A stretch of DNA of 63,399 nucleotides, counting the filler, from Spirochaetales bacterium (lineage in GTDB: Bacteria; Spirochaetota; Spirochaetia; Treponematales; UBA12059), in the NCBI GenBank assembly GCA_016928955.1. It is 5 parts of 5 records of this genome, joined end to end, with 100 filler letters (N's around TTAATTAATTAA, not from the genome) between each part and the next. Parts side by side here need not be neighbours in the genome. Positions count along the whole stretch, not along the records: positions 25,135 to 31,396 come from JAFGJV010000008.1; positions 31,497 to 59,209 come from JAFGJV010000057.1; 3 more parts are not named here. One strand, written 5' to 3'. This document shows positions 26,247-36,241 of this stretch, piece after piece; the stretch's first letter is position 1, and every line of letters begins with the position of its first letter. Below the pieces are notes generated by a model. That model saw only the letters and a list, made by a program, of their open reading frames with translations, had not been told where the DNA came from and searched no databases. The position numbers and the translations under genes are program-made.

Positions 26247-27590
26247 CTAGCGGGACGTCTTCACGAACAGCGACACGCCGTCCTTGCCGGCGTCATTCCA
26301 TCCGTCCAGGGGCATGCGCTCGCGCGCGCCCAGGATCAGGGCCGCGCCCTCCTTGGCCTTCTCCCCGAAATCCGCCAGGAGCCGTTTCTGCTCCGCCTCG
26401 GTCATGAACGACACCGTGTCCCGGCACAGGATCATGTCCACCGGCGGCACGGGATTGGCGTTCAGGACGTCGTGGAACTCGAAGAATATCGAGTCCCGTA
26501 TGGCTTGCTGGAAGGTCCAGCCGTTGCGCCCCTCCACCATGAACTCGTGGTAGCGCTCCGGAACGTCCTCTATCATGAACACCATGTTGGGCGCCATCGA
26601 TATGGCCAGAAGGTCTGAATCGTTTGCCCATATCTTGACCCTGCATTCAGGGTACTTGGCCTTGAGCAGGCAGGCCAGCGAGTAGGTCTCGTAACCCTTG
26701 CCGCAGCCCGGGTTCCACACGTTGATGCCGCGCGCCTGGATGACCGGCAGGGCGGCGAGCACCCGGTCCGCGTAGTCGTCCGACCACAGCTCCCCCGTGT
26801 GGGGCGAATAGAAGCCGCTCAGGAACTGGTCCGCGTCGCCCTCGTCCTTGAGCTGGATGTCCCCGCTCGAGCGCTCGCGCTTCCACGCATCGTACCGGGC
26901 CTTGAACCACGGCTCGTTGACCGGCGTCACGCCGAAGCGCCTGAGGGTCCAGAGGGCCTCGCGCACAAAATCCACGTTCACGTCGGCCGAGGGCTTGCGC
27001 GTCTCGGCGGGGGCCGGCTCCTGGACGCCCGCCTGTCGGCCCTGGGTCGGGCGTATGGGGGCGTCGCGCGACTCGTCCTCTTCCTTGGCTGGGGCAAAGA
27101 GCTTTTCCACGTTGAGGATGATGTACAGCTTGTCGCGGTTTTCTATGACGCCCTTGATGTACCGTATGTTGATGTCGCTGAAAATGGGATGGGGCGGCTG
27201 GACGCTGGAGCGGGCCACGCCCACCACCTTGTCTATGCTGTCCACCACCACGCCGAACACGTGGTCGCCTATCTGGAGTATGAGGAGGCTCTCCTGGGCG
27301 TTGTCCTCCTTGCGCTCGGCCGGCAGGTGGAACATGACCCTGAGATCGATGATCGATATGATGTCGCCGCGCAGGTTGTACACGCCCCTGACGAACGGCG
27401 CCGCGTTCGGAACGTAGGTGAAGCGGCCCGCGTGGGCTATCTCCTTGACGTTCATGATGTCGATGCCGTATTCCTTGCCGGCCAGGGCAAAGGTGACCAT
27501 CTTGAAGTCGATCTTCTCGGCCCGTTCCTTCTTCTCTTCCTGGCCCTGCGCGGCCCGGTCGTCTGAGGCCTGTACGCTCATCGCTGGCAC
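26247..27590 (-). CDS. cheW: CheW with a C-terminal CheR-like domain
   Basis: N-terminal CheW (YGIDIMNVKEI, GVYNLRG) and C-terminal WNPGCGKGYETYS...CRD. Confidence 0.9.
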   Translation of the reverse strand: MPAMSVQASDDRAAQGQEEKKERAEKIDFKMVTFALAGKEYGIDIMNVKEIAHAGRFTYVPNAAPFVRGVYNLRGDIISIIDLRVMFHLPAERKEDNAQESLLILQIGDHVFGVVVDSIDKVVGVARSSVQPPHPIFSDINIRYIKGVIENRDKLYIILNVEKLFAPAKEEDESRDAPIRPTQGRQAGVQEPAPAETRKPSADVNVDFVREALWTLRRFGVTPVNEPWFKARYDAWKRERSSGDIQLKDEGDADQFLSGFYSPHTGELWSDDYADRVLAALPVIQARGINVWNPGCGKGYETYSLACLLKAKYPECRVKIWANDSDLLAISMAPNMVFMIEDVPERYHEFMVEGRNGWTFQQAIRDSIFFEFHDVLNANPVPPVDMILCRDTVSFMTEAEQKRLLADFGEKAKEGAALILGARERMPLDGWNDAGKDGVSLFVKTSR

Positions 27591-27597
27591 GCTCCCG

Positions 27598-30051
27598 TCA
27601 TCGTATGGTCATCTCGAGGCGCTGGCGCTCCTCGAGCTCCTTTTTCTGGCCCAGCTCCAGGAGCTGGCTCACATCTATGATGAGACAGACCGAGCCGTCT
27701 CCCAGGATGGACGCTCCCGCTATGCCGGGCGAGTTGGTGAACTGGTCGCGGAGCGGCTTGATGACCACGTCCTCCTCGCCGATCAGCGAGTCCACCATCA
27801 GGCCCATCTTCTTTTCCGCGGTGCCGACTATGACCACAAAGCAGTAGTCGCCCTGCTCGTCGGTCTGGATGCGGAACAGGCGGTTCAGGCGCAGGAGCGA
27901 CACCACGTCGTTCCGCACGTTGAACACCTCGTAGTTGTCTATCATCTTGATGTCCGCCGGCTTGATACGGTGGCTCTCTATCACGCTGGTGATGGGTATG
28001 GAGTAGATTTCCTTGCCCACGCGCACCAGGAGGCCCTGGATAATGGCCAGGGTCAGCGGCAGCTTGATGACAAACTTGGTGCCCTTGCCCCGCTGGCTGG
28101 ACACAGTGACCGAGCCGTTGAGCTTCTCGATCTGGCGCTTGACCACGTCCAGGCCCACTCCGCGACCCGATATGTTGGTAACCGAGGCGGCGGTGGAGAA
28201 GCCGGGCTCAAAGATCAGGTTGTAGGACTCCAAGTCGGTCAGGACCTTGTTGGGATGGACGATGCCCCGCTCCACGGCCTTGCGCTTGACCGCCTCAACG
28301 TCTATGCCCTTGCCGTCGTCGGATATCTCGATGATGATCATGTTGCCTTCATTGGAAGCGCGCAGCATGACCGTGCCCTCTTCCGGCTTGCCGGCCTTGC
28401 GGCGCTCGTCCGCCGACTCTATGCCGTGGTCCAGGGCGTTCCTCACCGAGTGCATGAGCGGATCCAGGAGGTCCTCCACCACCGACTTGTCCAGCTCTGT
28501 TTCCTCTCCCTCTATGACCAGGTTGACCTTTTTGGCCAGGTTCTTGGACAGGTCCCTGACCAGGCGCGGGAAACGGCTGAAAATCTGGCTGATGGGCACC
28601 ATGCGTATGCGCATGACGCCTTCCTGCAGGTCGCTGGTGATGCGTCCCAGGTTCTGGGCGGTCCCGCGGAACTTGGCCACGTTGGCCTTGAAGTCCGACT
28701 CAAAGGCGTCGAACACCCCGTACAGGCCGCCGTAGCGCTCCAGGATCTCCTTCTTGATTTCCTTGACTGCCCGCCCGTCCTTTATGGACGACAAGTAGTC
28801 GGGCAGGGAGTCGAACAAGTCCTTGAGCCTGTCCCGGAATTGTCCCTGGGAAGCCTGGAAGGCGTTCTGGATATCCCCGAACTGGGTGCTGACCTGGTTG
28901 AAGGTGGCCTTGTTGATGACCATCTCCGACACCTGGTTGAGCAGGTTGTCTATACGCTTGGAATCGACCCTGAGTATGCTGCCCGCCTGCTGGCCGGCCT
29001 TGCGGGCCTCGGCGGCCCGGTCTTCCGCCTGCTCCTCAGGTTCCTCGACGGTCTGGGGCGCGGCCGGAGCCGACTTGGGCGGCTGGAACGTGTCCTGGGC
29101 GGCCGGCGCGGGGGCTGAGGGCGCCTGGGCGGCCCGGGCAACGGGCGCGGCCGGCTGGACTGCCGGAGCCGGCTGGGCGGCCTGACCGCCCTTGATACTT
29201 CCGTCCTGGGCCAGCTCGGACAGGCGCACGGCGTTGACCACGTCCGGGATATTCGCGACCTTCTCCACCTCGGCCGCGCCGCGGGCCGACGCCACAAAAT
29301 AGGTGACGGTTGGATGGAAAACGTCCTCGTACAGGTTCTCGAAATCAGGCACGGTCTTGAGCACGGTGCCCACGTCCCGAAGGGCGGCAAAGGCGTGTAT
29401 GGCGCTGACCGTGTTCATAACGTTGGTCTCGTCAAAGTCTATCTCGACCATGAACACGCCGCGGTCCGACCCGGCGGCCTCGCGCATTTCCAGGATTTCG
29501 TATTCTGTCAGGCCCGACGCCGACGCCTTTACGCCCTCGGGCTGCTTGGCGGCTGGCTTCGGAGCCGGGGCTGCGGCCGGAGCCGCAGGCGCCTTGTCCG
29601 CTGACGGAGCCTTTACCGTCTTGGCAGCCGCCTTGGCCGCCAGGGAGGACGCTTTTTTGGGCGCCAGGGCTATGAGCCTGCCCTTGACCTCTTCGGAGTC
29701 GCCGGAGTACACCGACCCGTCTGCCCGGGCGTCCAGCATCGCCTTGACCACGTCTATGCCGGCCAGGAGGGCGTCTATGATGCCCTCGTCGACCTTGATA
29801 GCGTCGCCCCGTATGGCGTCCAGGAGGTCCTCCAGGACATGGGTGAACTCGGCCAGCTCGGACATCTCTACCGTGGCCGCGCCGCCCTTCAGCGTGTGGG
29901 CAGCCCTGAAGATCTCGTCTACCGCGTCGCGATTACCGGGGTCGTTCTCGAGCACGAGGATATTCTGCTCGAGCGCGTCGACCTGGCTCCGGGCCTCGGC
30001 GAAGAAATCCTTCAAGAGCTCCTGGTTATTCGGATCAAGGTAGTCGCTCAT
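27598..30051 (-). CDS. cheA: Chemotaxis histidine kinase CheA
   Basis: FRAAHTLKG Hpt, RNALDHGIE, DDGKG, SGRGVGLD, C-terminal CheW-like domain. Confidence 0.96.
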   Translation of the reverse strand: MSDYLDPNNQELLKDFFAEARSQVDALEQNILVLENDPGNRDAVDEIFRAAHTLKGGAATVEMSELAEFTHVLEDLLDAIRGDAIKVDEGIIDALLAGIDVVKAMLDARADGSVYSGDSEEVKGRLIALAPKKASSLAAKAAAKTVKAPSADKAPAAPAAAPAPKPAAKQPEGVKASASGLTEYEILEMREAAGSDRGVFMVEIDFDETNVMNTVSAIHAFAALRDVGTVLKTVPDFENLYEDVFHPTVTYFVASARGAAEVEKVANIPDVVNAVRLSELAQDGSIKGGQAAQPAPAVQPAAPVARAAQAPSAPAPAAQDTFQPPKSAPAAPQTVEEPEEQAEDRAAEARKAGQQAGSILRVDSKRIDNLLNQVSEMVINKATFNQVSTQFGDIQNAFQASQGQFRDRLKDLFDSLPDYLSSIKDGRAVKEIKKEILERYGGLYGVFDAFESDFKANVAKFRGTAQNLGRITSDLQEGVMRIRMVPISQIFSRFPRLVRDLSKNLAKKVNLVIEGEETELDKSVVEDLLDPLMHSVRNALDHGIESADERRKAGKPEEGTVMLRASNEGNMIIIEISDDGKGIDVEAVKRKAVERGIVHPNKVLTDLESYNLIFEPGFSTAASVTNISGRGVGLDVVKRQIEKLNGSVTVSSQRGKGTKFVIKLPLTLAIIQGLLVRVGKEIYSIPITSVIESHRIKPADIKMIDNYEVFNVRNDVVSLLRLNRLFRIQTDEQGDYCFVVIVGTAEKKMGLMVDSLIGEEDVVIKPLRDQFTNSPGIAGASILGDGSVCLIIDVSQLLELGQKKELEERQRLEMTIR

Positions 30052-30302
30052 CGTAAGCTACAGTCTCATACGTACCGCACCTTTAGTCAAGGGAAGTAGT
30101 TAAGCGGCCTGTCGCCCTGGCCCGTGCCCCAAGGCCGGCGCGGGGCGGCGCTTGAGCCAAAAGCACAGAATGCCGATGATTTAAGCGGAAAATACGCTAC
30201 ACTGTATTGTGGGGAACGGAAGGCCTAAGGACGCGTCCCCCACCGGGAGCGGCGGGGCCGTGCCCGAGGCCTTCACTCACACCGTCCTGCCCGAGGTACT
30301 AC

Positions 30303-31286
30303 ATGAGTCGACGATACGCGCCGCGTCGCGGCCTGGCCCTTGCGGCCGTTTTTGCCATCTGCGCCGGCCAGGCCTTGGCCCTGGACCTGGACGTGGGCCT
30401 GGCCCTGGGCAACATGAGCCTGCCCTGGGGCTTTGAGTCGCATATCCCCGATCCAGCGTACCCGTCCAATCTCTTTACCTATAATGTGGAAGCCCACCTG
30501 ATAGAAAGCTTCAGCGACTCGTTCAGCCTGGAAACCAGCTTTATCATGGACCCCATCGTTCACAGCATCCTGCGAAGCGTGGTGTCCTACGAGTCCGGCT
30601 ACATCACTGTCAGCGCGGGACCCCTCCTTGGTCTATTCAACACCATCAAGACGCCGGTCAAGGCCGGCATATCCGCCGGCCTCAGGTTCGACCTGCCCGG
30701 CATCGTGTTTCTGGGCGCCAACGTGGACTCGTCGCTCGGGGCCACCATCAGCGCGGAAGGCGACTATTCCCAGGAAATGGCCAGGCTCAGCCTGGGCTGG
30801 TATGGCCACAACGTCATATACACGGCCAGCATCCTGACCAGGCGCTTCCTGTGGGGCGGCACCTCCGGAGACCTGTACACCGACATGTCCAACACCTACA
30901 GCTTTTCCCTGGACATGTTTAACAAGACGTCGCCGTACCATTTGACGGTGACACTCGGCTACGAGGATTTGTCCCGCACCTACCCCGACGCCTTTGTGGA
31001 CAAACTCGGGTTCATCATCCTGGGAGCCCGGCTGGACGCCCAGCTGTCGCGAACCTTTGGCCTGCGGGCGGAGATGCTTGCCAGCCCCTACGCTTTTGGC
31101 ATGGAAGGCCTGGTTGGCCGGGGCCCCGCTCCGACAGCCCTCATGTTCAGAAGCTTCCTGGGCATCGTCCTCAAGCTGGGCGCGGACGCCTTGCCGCCGC
31201 CGGCCGACGATATCGAGGAAGCGACCGCCACGGGCGAAGAAGCCGGGCAGGGCGCCTCGGCTGAGGAAGCTGCACAGACACCGTAA
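30303..31286 (+). CDS. Hypothetical exported protein, possible outer-membrane beta-barrel
   Basis: Signal peptide (…AGQALA), alternating amphipathic beta-strand pattern, acidic tail. Confidence 0.6.
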   Translation: MSRRYAPRRGLALAAVFAICAGQALALDLDVGLALGNMSLPWGFESHIPDPAYPSNLFTYNVEAHLIESFSDSFSLETSFIMDPIVHSILRSVVSYESGYITVSAGPLLGLFNTIKTPVKAGISAGLRFDLPGIVFLGANVDSSLGATISAEGDYSQEMARLSLGWYGHNVIYTASILTRRFLWGGTSGDLYTDMSNTYSFSLDMFNKTSPYHLTVTLGYEDLSRTYPDAFVDKLGFIILGARLDAQLSRTFGLRAEMLASPYAFGMEGLVGRGPAPTALMFRSFLGIVLKLGADALPPPADDIEEATATGEEAGQGASAEEAAQTP

Positions 31287-31396
31287 ACCCGTCCGGCCCT
31301 CAAAGAATCCTTACTGCCGCGAACCTTATTGGTCGCTCTGGGAGCTAGGGCTCCGTCCGACCTCAGGCAAGGGCGAACCTCGGCGTATACGCCCTC

Positions 31397-31496
31397 NNNN
31401 NNNNNNNNNNNNNNNNNNNNNNNNNNNNNNNNNNNNNNNNTTAATTAATTAANNNNNNNNNNNNNNNNNNNNNNNNNNNNNNNNNNNNNNNNNNNN
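31397..31496. other. Contig-join linker
   Basis: N-TTAATTAATTAA-N spacer. Confidence 0.97.
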
Positions 31497-33596
31497 CACA
31501 CCCTGTTCGAGGCGGACGACGGCAAGTTCCACAAGGTCGCCAACATCGTCGGCTCGTGCATGAAGTACCACCCGCACGGCGACGCGTCCATATACTCGGC
31601 CCTGGTCGTCCTGGCCAACAAGGAACTGTTCATAGACCGCCAGGGCAATTTCGGCAACCTGTTCACCGGCGACGAGGCGTCTGCCGCGCGTTACATTGAG
31701 TGCCGCGTCACCCCGTACGCCAAGGACGTGTTCTACAATCCCAAGATCACCGAATACGCCGACAGCTACGACGGGCGCAACCGCGAGCCGGTGGTGTTCC
31801 CGGCCAAGATGCCCGTGGTGCTGTTCATTGGCGTTGAGGGCATAGCGGTGGGCATGAGCACCAAGATCCTGCCCCACAACCCGGTTGAGATCCTTGAGGC
31901 CGAGATTGCCTGCCTGCAGGGCAAAACCTTCAAGCTCCTGCCCGACTTTCCCACCGCTGGCGTGGTGGACGCGAGCGAGTACGCCGACGGGGCGGGCAGG
32001 GTACGGGTGCGCGCGTCTTTGGACACGTCCGATCCTAAGCGCATCGTCATACGGGAACTGCCCTACGGCGTGACCACGGAGAGCCTCATAGCCAGCGTGG
32101 AGAAGGCCGCCAAGGCCGGCCGCATCAAGATAGCGTCGATCAGCGACTTTACCACCGACAAGGTGGAGATAGAGATCAAGCTGGCACGCGGCGAATACGC
32201 CAAGGAAACCATAGACGCCCTGTACGCCTTCACGCAGTGCGAGCAGTCCATATCCTGCAACCTCCTCCTGATCAAGGACGGACTGCCCACGCAGATGACC
32301 GTCACCGACGTGGTCCGCTACCACGCGGACAAGCTTCTGTCCATCCTCAAGCGGGAGCTGGAGCTGGAAATCCGGGAGCTTCTGGACGAGCTGCACGCGC
32401 GGACGCTGGAGCGCATATTTATAGAAGAGCGCGTGTACAAGGCCATAGAGAACAAGAAGACCCAGGAGGGCGTGATCAAGGCCGTCGTGGACGGGCTCAA
32501 GCCCTTTGCCGCTGAGATCAAGCGCGAGGTGACCGTGGAGGACGTGGAGCGTCTTCTCAAGATACCCATACGCCGCATATCCCTGTACGACATAGAGCGG
32601 GCCCGGGCGGAAATGGAGCGCATCAAGGCAGCGCTCAAACAGGCACGATACAACCTGGCCCACCTGACCGAATACGGCATCAGCGTGCTCAAGGGCCTGT
32701 CCGAGCGCCTGGGCACGGCGTGGGCCCGGAAGACGCGCGTGGAATCGTTCGACAAGGTAGCCGCCAAGGAAGCTGCCCGCAGGGACGTGGCCCTGCGCTA
32801 CGACGCCCAGGCCGGCTACCTGGGAACATCGGTGTCCACCGGCGACTACCTCTTTGACGTGTCGCCCTTCGACCGCCTTTTGGTCATACGGCGCACGGGT
32901 TTGTACTCGGTCGTGGAGGTGCCCGAGCGGCTCTTTGTGGACAGGGATATGCGCTACTGCGCCCTGGCGGACAAGGACGCCCTGTCCCAGGTGGTGTTCA
33001 GCGCCGTGTACCGTTCGCAGGACGGACAAGCATACATCAAGCGCTGTCGCATAGAGCAGTGGATCTTGGCCAAGGACTACGCGCTCATACCGGACGGCGC
33101 CCAGCTCATGTTCCTTACGGCCGAGCCCAAGAAGGGCTTTGCCGCGCGCTACGCTCCCAAGCCCCGCACGCGAGTCACCGAGGAGACGTTCCGTGTAGAG
33201 GACTACGATGTCAAGGGTATCAAGGCACAGGGAGTTCGGCTGTCAACCAGGGAGCTGTTGGACGTGGTGCCGCTTGACGGCGGGCTTTTTGACCAGGCGG
33301 GTAAAGCCGTCAAGACGGCATCCAAGGCGGGTCCCAAGGCCGCCGTTGCCAAACAAAGCCCGGCCGCGGCCAAGACGGCGGCAAAGAAGGCAAGCGTAAA
33401 AAGAAGCGCGGCGGCTAAAAAGGCGGCCGTTCCCAAAAAGAGCCCGGCCGGCGCGGCGACCAAGCCAAAAGCGGCCAAAAAGCCTGCGGCCGGCAAGCGA
33501 GCGGGAGCCAAGCCCGCCTCTAAAAAGAAAGCCCCCGCAAGCGGTCACGCCCACGGCGGCCTTCTGGACAAGGCGTCGGAGAAAAAGAAGAAGTAA
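31497..33596 (+). CDS. parC: DNA topoisomerase IV subunit A (5' truncated) with a Lys/Ala-rich tail
   Basis: DDGKFHKVANIVG, KYHPHGDAS and AARYIE (catalytic Tyr); short CTD of spirochaete ParC type. Confidence 0.88.
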   Translation, partial: HTLFEADDGKFHKVANIVGSCMKYHPHGDASIYSALVVLANKELFIDRQGNFGNLFTGDEASAARYIECRVTPYAKDVFYNPKITEYADSYDGRNREPVVFPAKMPVVLFIGVEGIAVGMSTKILPHNPVEILEAEIACLQGKTFKLLPDFPTAGVVDASEYADGAGRVRVRASLDTSDPKRIVIRELPYGVTTESLIASVEKAAKAGRIKIASISDFTTDKVEIEIKLARGEYAKETIDALYAFTQCEQSISCNLLLIKDGLPTQMTVTDVVRYHADKLLSILKRELELEIRELLDELHARTLERIFIEERVYKAIENKKTQEGVIKAVVDGLKPFAAEIKREVTVEDVERLLKIPIRRISLYDIERARAEMERIKAALKQARYNLAHLTEYGISVLKGLSERLGTAWARKTRVESFDKVAAKEAARRDVALRYDAQAGYLGTSVSTGDYLFDVSPFDRLLVIRRTGLYSVVEVPERLFVDRDMRYCALADKDALSQVVFSAVYRSQDGQAYIKRCRIEQWILAKDYALIPDGAQLMFLTAEPKKGFAARYAPKPRTRVTEETFRVEDYDVKGIKAQGVRLSTRELLDVVPLDGGLFDQAGKAVKTASKAGPKAAVAKQSPAAAKTAAKKASVKRSAAAKKAAVPKKSPAGAATKPKAAKKPAAGKRAGAKPASKKKAPASGHAHGGLLDKASEKKKK

Positions 33597-33647
33597 ACAT
33601 CCATGGCGGCTTTCCCCCTCGGTAGCCCGAGGGGAAGGCCGCGCGGA

Positions 33648-35294
33648 TCAGGAATCCAGGACCTTAAATTCGCCTATCTCATGGGCTATGTTGCCTATCA
33701 GCCGCTCGTTGCCCTCTGCCAGCTCCAGCACGGTCTTGGCTGAATGCTCGATCAGGCCGGTCTGTCCGGCGACGCCCTCCACGTCGGCCACGATGCCCTT
33801 GTTGCGCTCGGAGAGCTCGGTCATGGCGCCTGACAGCTCGGCGGCGTTGTCGCGGAGCGACTGGGCACCGTCGCGCACCTTGGCCGTGGCCGTATGCATG
33901 TCGGACATCACGTCGGATATCTGGGACGAGCCGGCGGACTGCTCGCGCATGGCGTTCTCTATCTCGGTCATGTGGTCGGCCACCCGGTGCACCCCGTCCA
34001 GGATATCCACAAAGGACGAGCTGGCCTGCCCGGACGAGGCCACTGCCGCGTCGATCGATTCCTTGATGGAGCTGAGTTCGGCAGCTATGTCCCTGGACTG
34101 GGTGGCCGTTTCCTCCGCCAGTTTGCGGATCTCGTCCGCCACCACGGAGAAGCCGCGGCCCGCGTCACCGGCGTGTGCCGCCTCTATGGCCGCGTTCATG
34201 GCCAGCAGGTTTGTCGTGCTGGCTATGCCGGATATGACGCCCACGGCGTCCAGCATGCCCTGGCTTTTGTCCGCTATGCCCTCAATGGACGACAACACCT
34301 CGTCCAGGTTGGACCGGCCGTTCTCGCTCTTGTCCATGAGCGACTGCACGTCTGAGCGCGTCGATATGACGTGGCTGCTGATGGACCCTATGTTGCCTAT
34401 CATCTGCTCGGTGGACGCGGACGTCTCGGCTATGGCAGCTCCCTGGTCCTTGACCAAGACCTCAAGCTGGCTCGAGAAATTTTCCAGGGAGGCCATCAGT
34501 CTTGTTATGCGCTCGGCCACGGCGGCCTGGGCGTCCACGTTGGCCCTGGAATCGTCCAGCATGCGGCCGATGCCCTGGACGGCTGTGTAGGTGGCCCGCA
34601 TCTCGTCGGCCAGGGTACCGCCCGTGGCCCTGAGCGCGTCTATGTCGCCCATGAGGCGCTTGGACATGGCCTGGTAGGTGCTGGTGGCTGCCTCGAACGC
34701 CGCCTGCTGGGACGCAAGGAGGCGGTTTATGGTGGCCGGAATGTACATGAGGCCCACGCCGAACAGGATCAGGTACATGCTTTTGTAGAACTGTCCGGAC
34801 GCCTTGACATGCGGCGCGTACACGTACAGTTCCGGGGGTATGGCCGACGCTGTTGTCCAGTACACGATGTTGTAACTGACGACGGCAAGCAGGGTGGCGT
34901 AGGCTACCAGGCGCCGGTCGTGGCGGAACGACGCCACCAGGATGACCACCGGGTACAGGAGGACGATGGCTGTTGTAGCTGCGCCGGATGGGGCCATGAA
35001 GAGGGTGGTGTTGAGTATGTTGGTTGTGACCAGAAGCACGTCCACGCTGACAGACGCCCAGCGCAGCCAGCCGGGATAGCGTCGCCTGATAATAAAGGGA
35101 AGAAGGACTAGGTTGTACGCCACAGCCACGGCCAGCGTGATCAAGGCCCCGCGCCCCTGCGCGGCTTGCTCCGGATCGACCACCTGGATCACGGCCATGG
35201 CGGTCAGGAAGGCTATCATGCCCCAACGGATGTAGTACGACGCCCGCTCGCCCCGTTTGGCCTCCTCGGCCAGGAGATTCTTGGATATGCTCAT
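33648..35294 (-). CDS. Methyl-accepting chemotaxis protein with a multi-TM N-terminus
   Basis: [38 protein letters not shown] hairpin tip; 5-6 TM segments. Confidence 0.93.
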   Translation of the reverse strand: MSISKNLLAEEAKRGERASYYIRWGMIAFLTAMAVIQVVDPEQAAQGRGALITLAVAVAYNLVLLPFIIRRRYPGWLRWASVSVDVLLVTTNILNTTLFMAPSGAATTAIVLLYPVVILVASFRHDRRLVAYATLLAVVSYNIVYWTTASAIPPELYVYAPHVKASGQFYKSMYLILFGVGLMYIPATINRLLASQQAAFEAATSTYQAMSKRLMGDIDALRATGGTLADEMRATYTAVQGIGRMLDDSRANVDAQAAVAERITRLMASLENFSSQLEVLVKDQGAAIAETSASTEQMIGNIGSISSHVISTRSDVQSLMDKSENGRSNLDEVLSSIEGIADKSQGMLDAVGVISGIASTTNLLAMNAAIEAAHAGDAGRGFSVVADEIRKLAEETATQSRDIAAELSSIKESIDAAVASSGQASSSFVDILDGVHRVADHMTEIENAMREQSAGSSQISDVMSDMHTATAKVRDGAQSLRDNAAELSGAMTELSERNKGIVADVEGVAGQTGLIEHSAKTVLELAEGNERLIGNIAHEIGEFKVLDS

Positions 35295-35377
35295 AGCGCC
35301 CCCACAACGATCTACCATGGCGCCGTTTGGCGCCTGGGTCAAGGAATGAAAAATTATCTTTCAGCAGGGGCAAGGTC

Positions 35378-35406
35378 TTGACATTTTTACGGTGTTCCGG
35401 CATTGT
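35378..35406 (+). promoter_or_regulatory. sigma70-type promoter of the tRNA cluster
   Basis: TTGACA-17 nt-CATTGT. Confidence 0.6.
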
Positions 35407-35424
35407 ACGACCTGCCAAGCGCGC

Positions 35425-35497
35425 GGTGGATGTAGCTCAGCGGTAGAGTCCCAGAATGTGGATCTGGTTGTCGCGGGTTCGAACCCCGTCATCCACC
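35425..35497 (+). tRNA. tRNA-His(GTG)
   Basis: G-1/C73, anticodon stem CCAGA/TCTGG with loop ATGTGGA, T-loop GGTTCGAACC. Confidence 0.94.
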
Positions 35498-35542
35498 CTT
35501 AGCTCCGCCCGGCTTCGGTGATCGAGTTCCCAGGACCGTCGG

Positions 35543-35616
35543 GCGTTCGTAGCTCAGCTGGATAGAGCGACGGACTTCGAATCCGTAGGTCGCAGGTTCG
35601 ACTCCTGCCGGACGCA
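35543..35616 (+). tRNA. tRNA-Arg(TCG)
   Basis: Anticodon stem ACGGA/TCCGT with loop CTTCGAA; T-loop GGTTCGACTCC. Confidence 0.94.
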
Positions 35617-35643
35617 GAGCTCGTAGTGTTTTTGAGAGTACCA

Positions 35644-35716
35644 GGGCCGTTAGCTCAGCTGGTAGAGCAGCAGACTCTTAATCTGCGGGTCGGAGGTTCG
35701 ATCCCTCCACGGCTCA
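35644..35716 (+). tRNA. tRNA-Lys(CTT)
   Basis: Anticodon stem GCAGA/TCTGC with loop CTCTTAA; T-loop GGTTCGATCC. Confidence 0.94.
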
Positions 35717-35874
35717 TACGGATGGCGGATAAGCCGAAAGGCTTGTCAGCCGTCCAAGGGGATGTGCCTGAGCAACGCGGCCAAAGCCCCCGCCGGAACG
35801 GCAGGCTCGTCCTGCGGGGCGCTTGACAGCGTCCGGTCCCGTCCGGTATCGTTCGGTCGCCCCTGGGCTTCCGG

Positions 35875-35956
35875 GCGAGAGTGGTGGAATTGGCAGACAC
35901 GCCAGACTTAGGATCTGGTGCCTTGCGGCGTGAGGGTTCAAGTCCCTTCTCTCGCA
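35875..35956 (+). tRNA. tRNA-Leu(TAG)
   Basis: Anticodon loop CTTAGGA, long variable arm, GGTTCAAGTCC. Confidence 0.94.
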
Positions 35957-35991
35957 GAACGACGGACAGTCGTACGCTCTGGGAGTACATT

Positions 35992-36063
35992 GCGGGAATA
36001 GCTCAGTGGTAGAGCGCCACCTTGCCAAGGTGGATGTCGCGGGTCCGACTCCCGTTTCCCGCT
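35992..36063 (+). tRNA. tRNA-Gly(GCC)
   Basis: Acceptor GCGGGAA/TTCCCGC, anticodon loop TTGCCAA; T-loop reads TCCGACT. Confidence 0.9.
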
Positions 36064-36070
36064 CGAAGCC

Positions 36071-36105
36071 AAGGCGGTCCGGAGACACCCGGATCGCCTT
36101 TTTTC
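36071..36105 (+). terminator. Intrinsic terminator after the tRNA cluster
   Basis: AAGGCGGTCCGG-AGACAC-CCGGATCGCCTT followed by a T-tract. Confidence 0.8.
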
Positions 36106-36241
36106 TATTCGGGCGCCACTAGCGGCACCCGGTCATAAAAAAAATCCGGACGGCGGAAAAGCGGCAGTGGGCTTTTTCGGATCCTGGTACAGCACAGCAT
36201 CCCGCGGTCGCCATACAAAGCCGCGGCGGAAAGGGAATCAC

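Noticed and set aside
35717..35874. Extra ncRNA or mirror cassette between tRNA-Lys and tRNA-Leu
   Set aside because: Ordinary spacer hairpins plus an internal TTGACA promoter; no antisense tRNA end is present.
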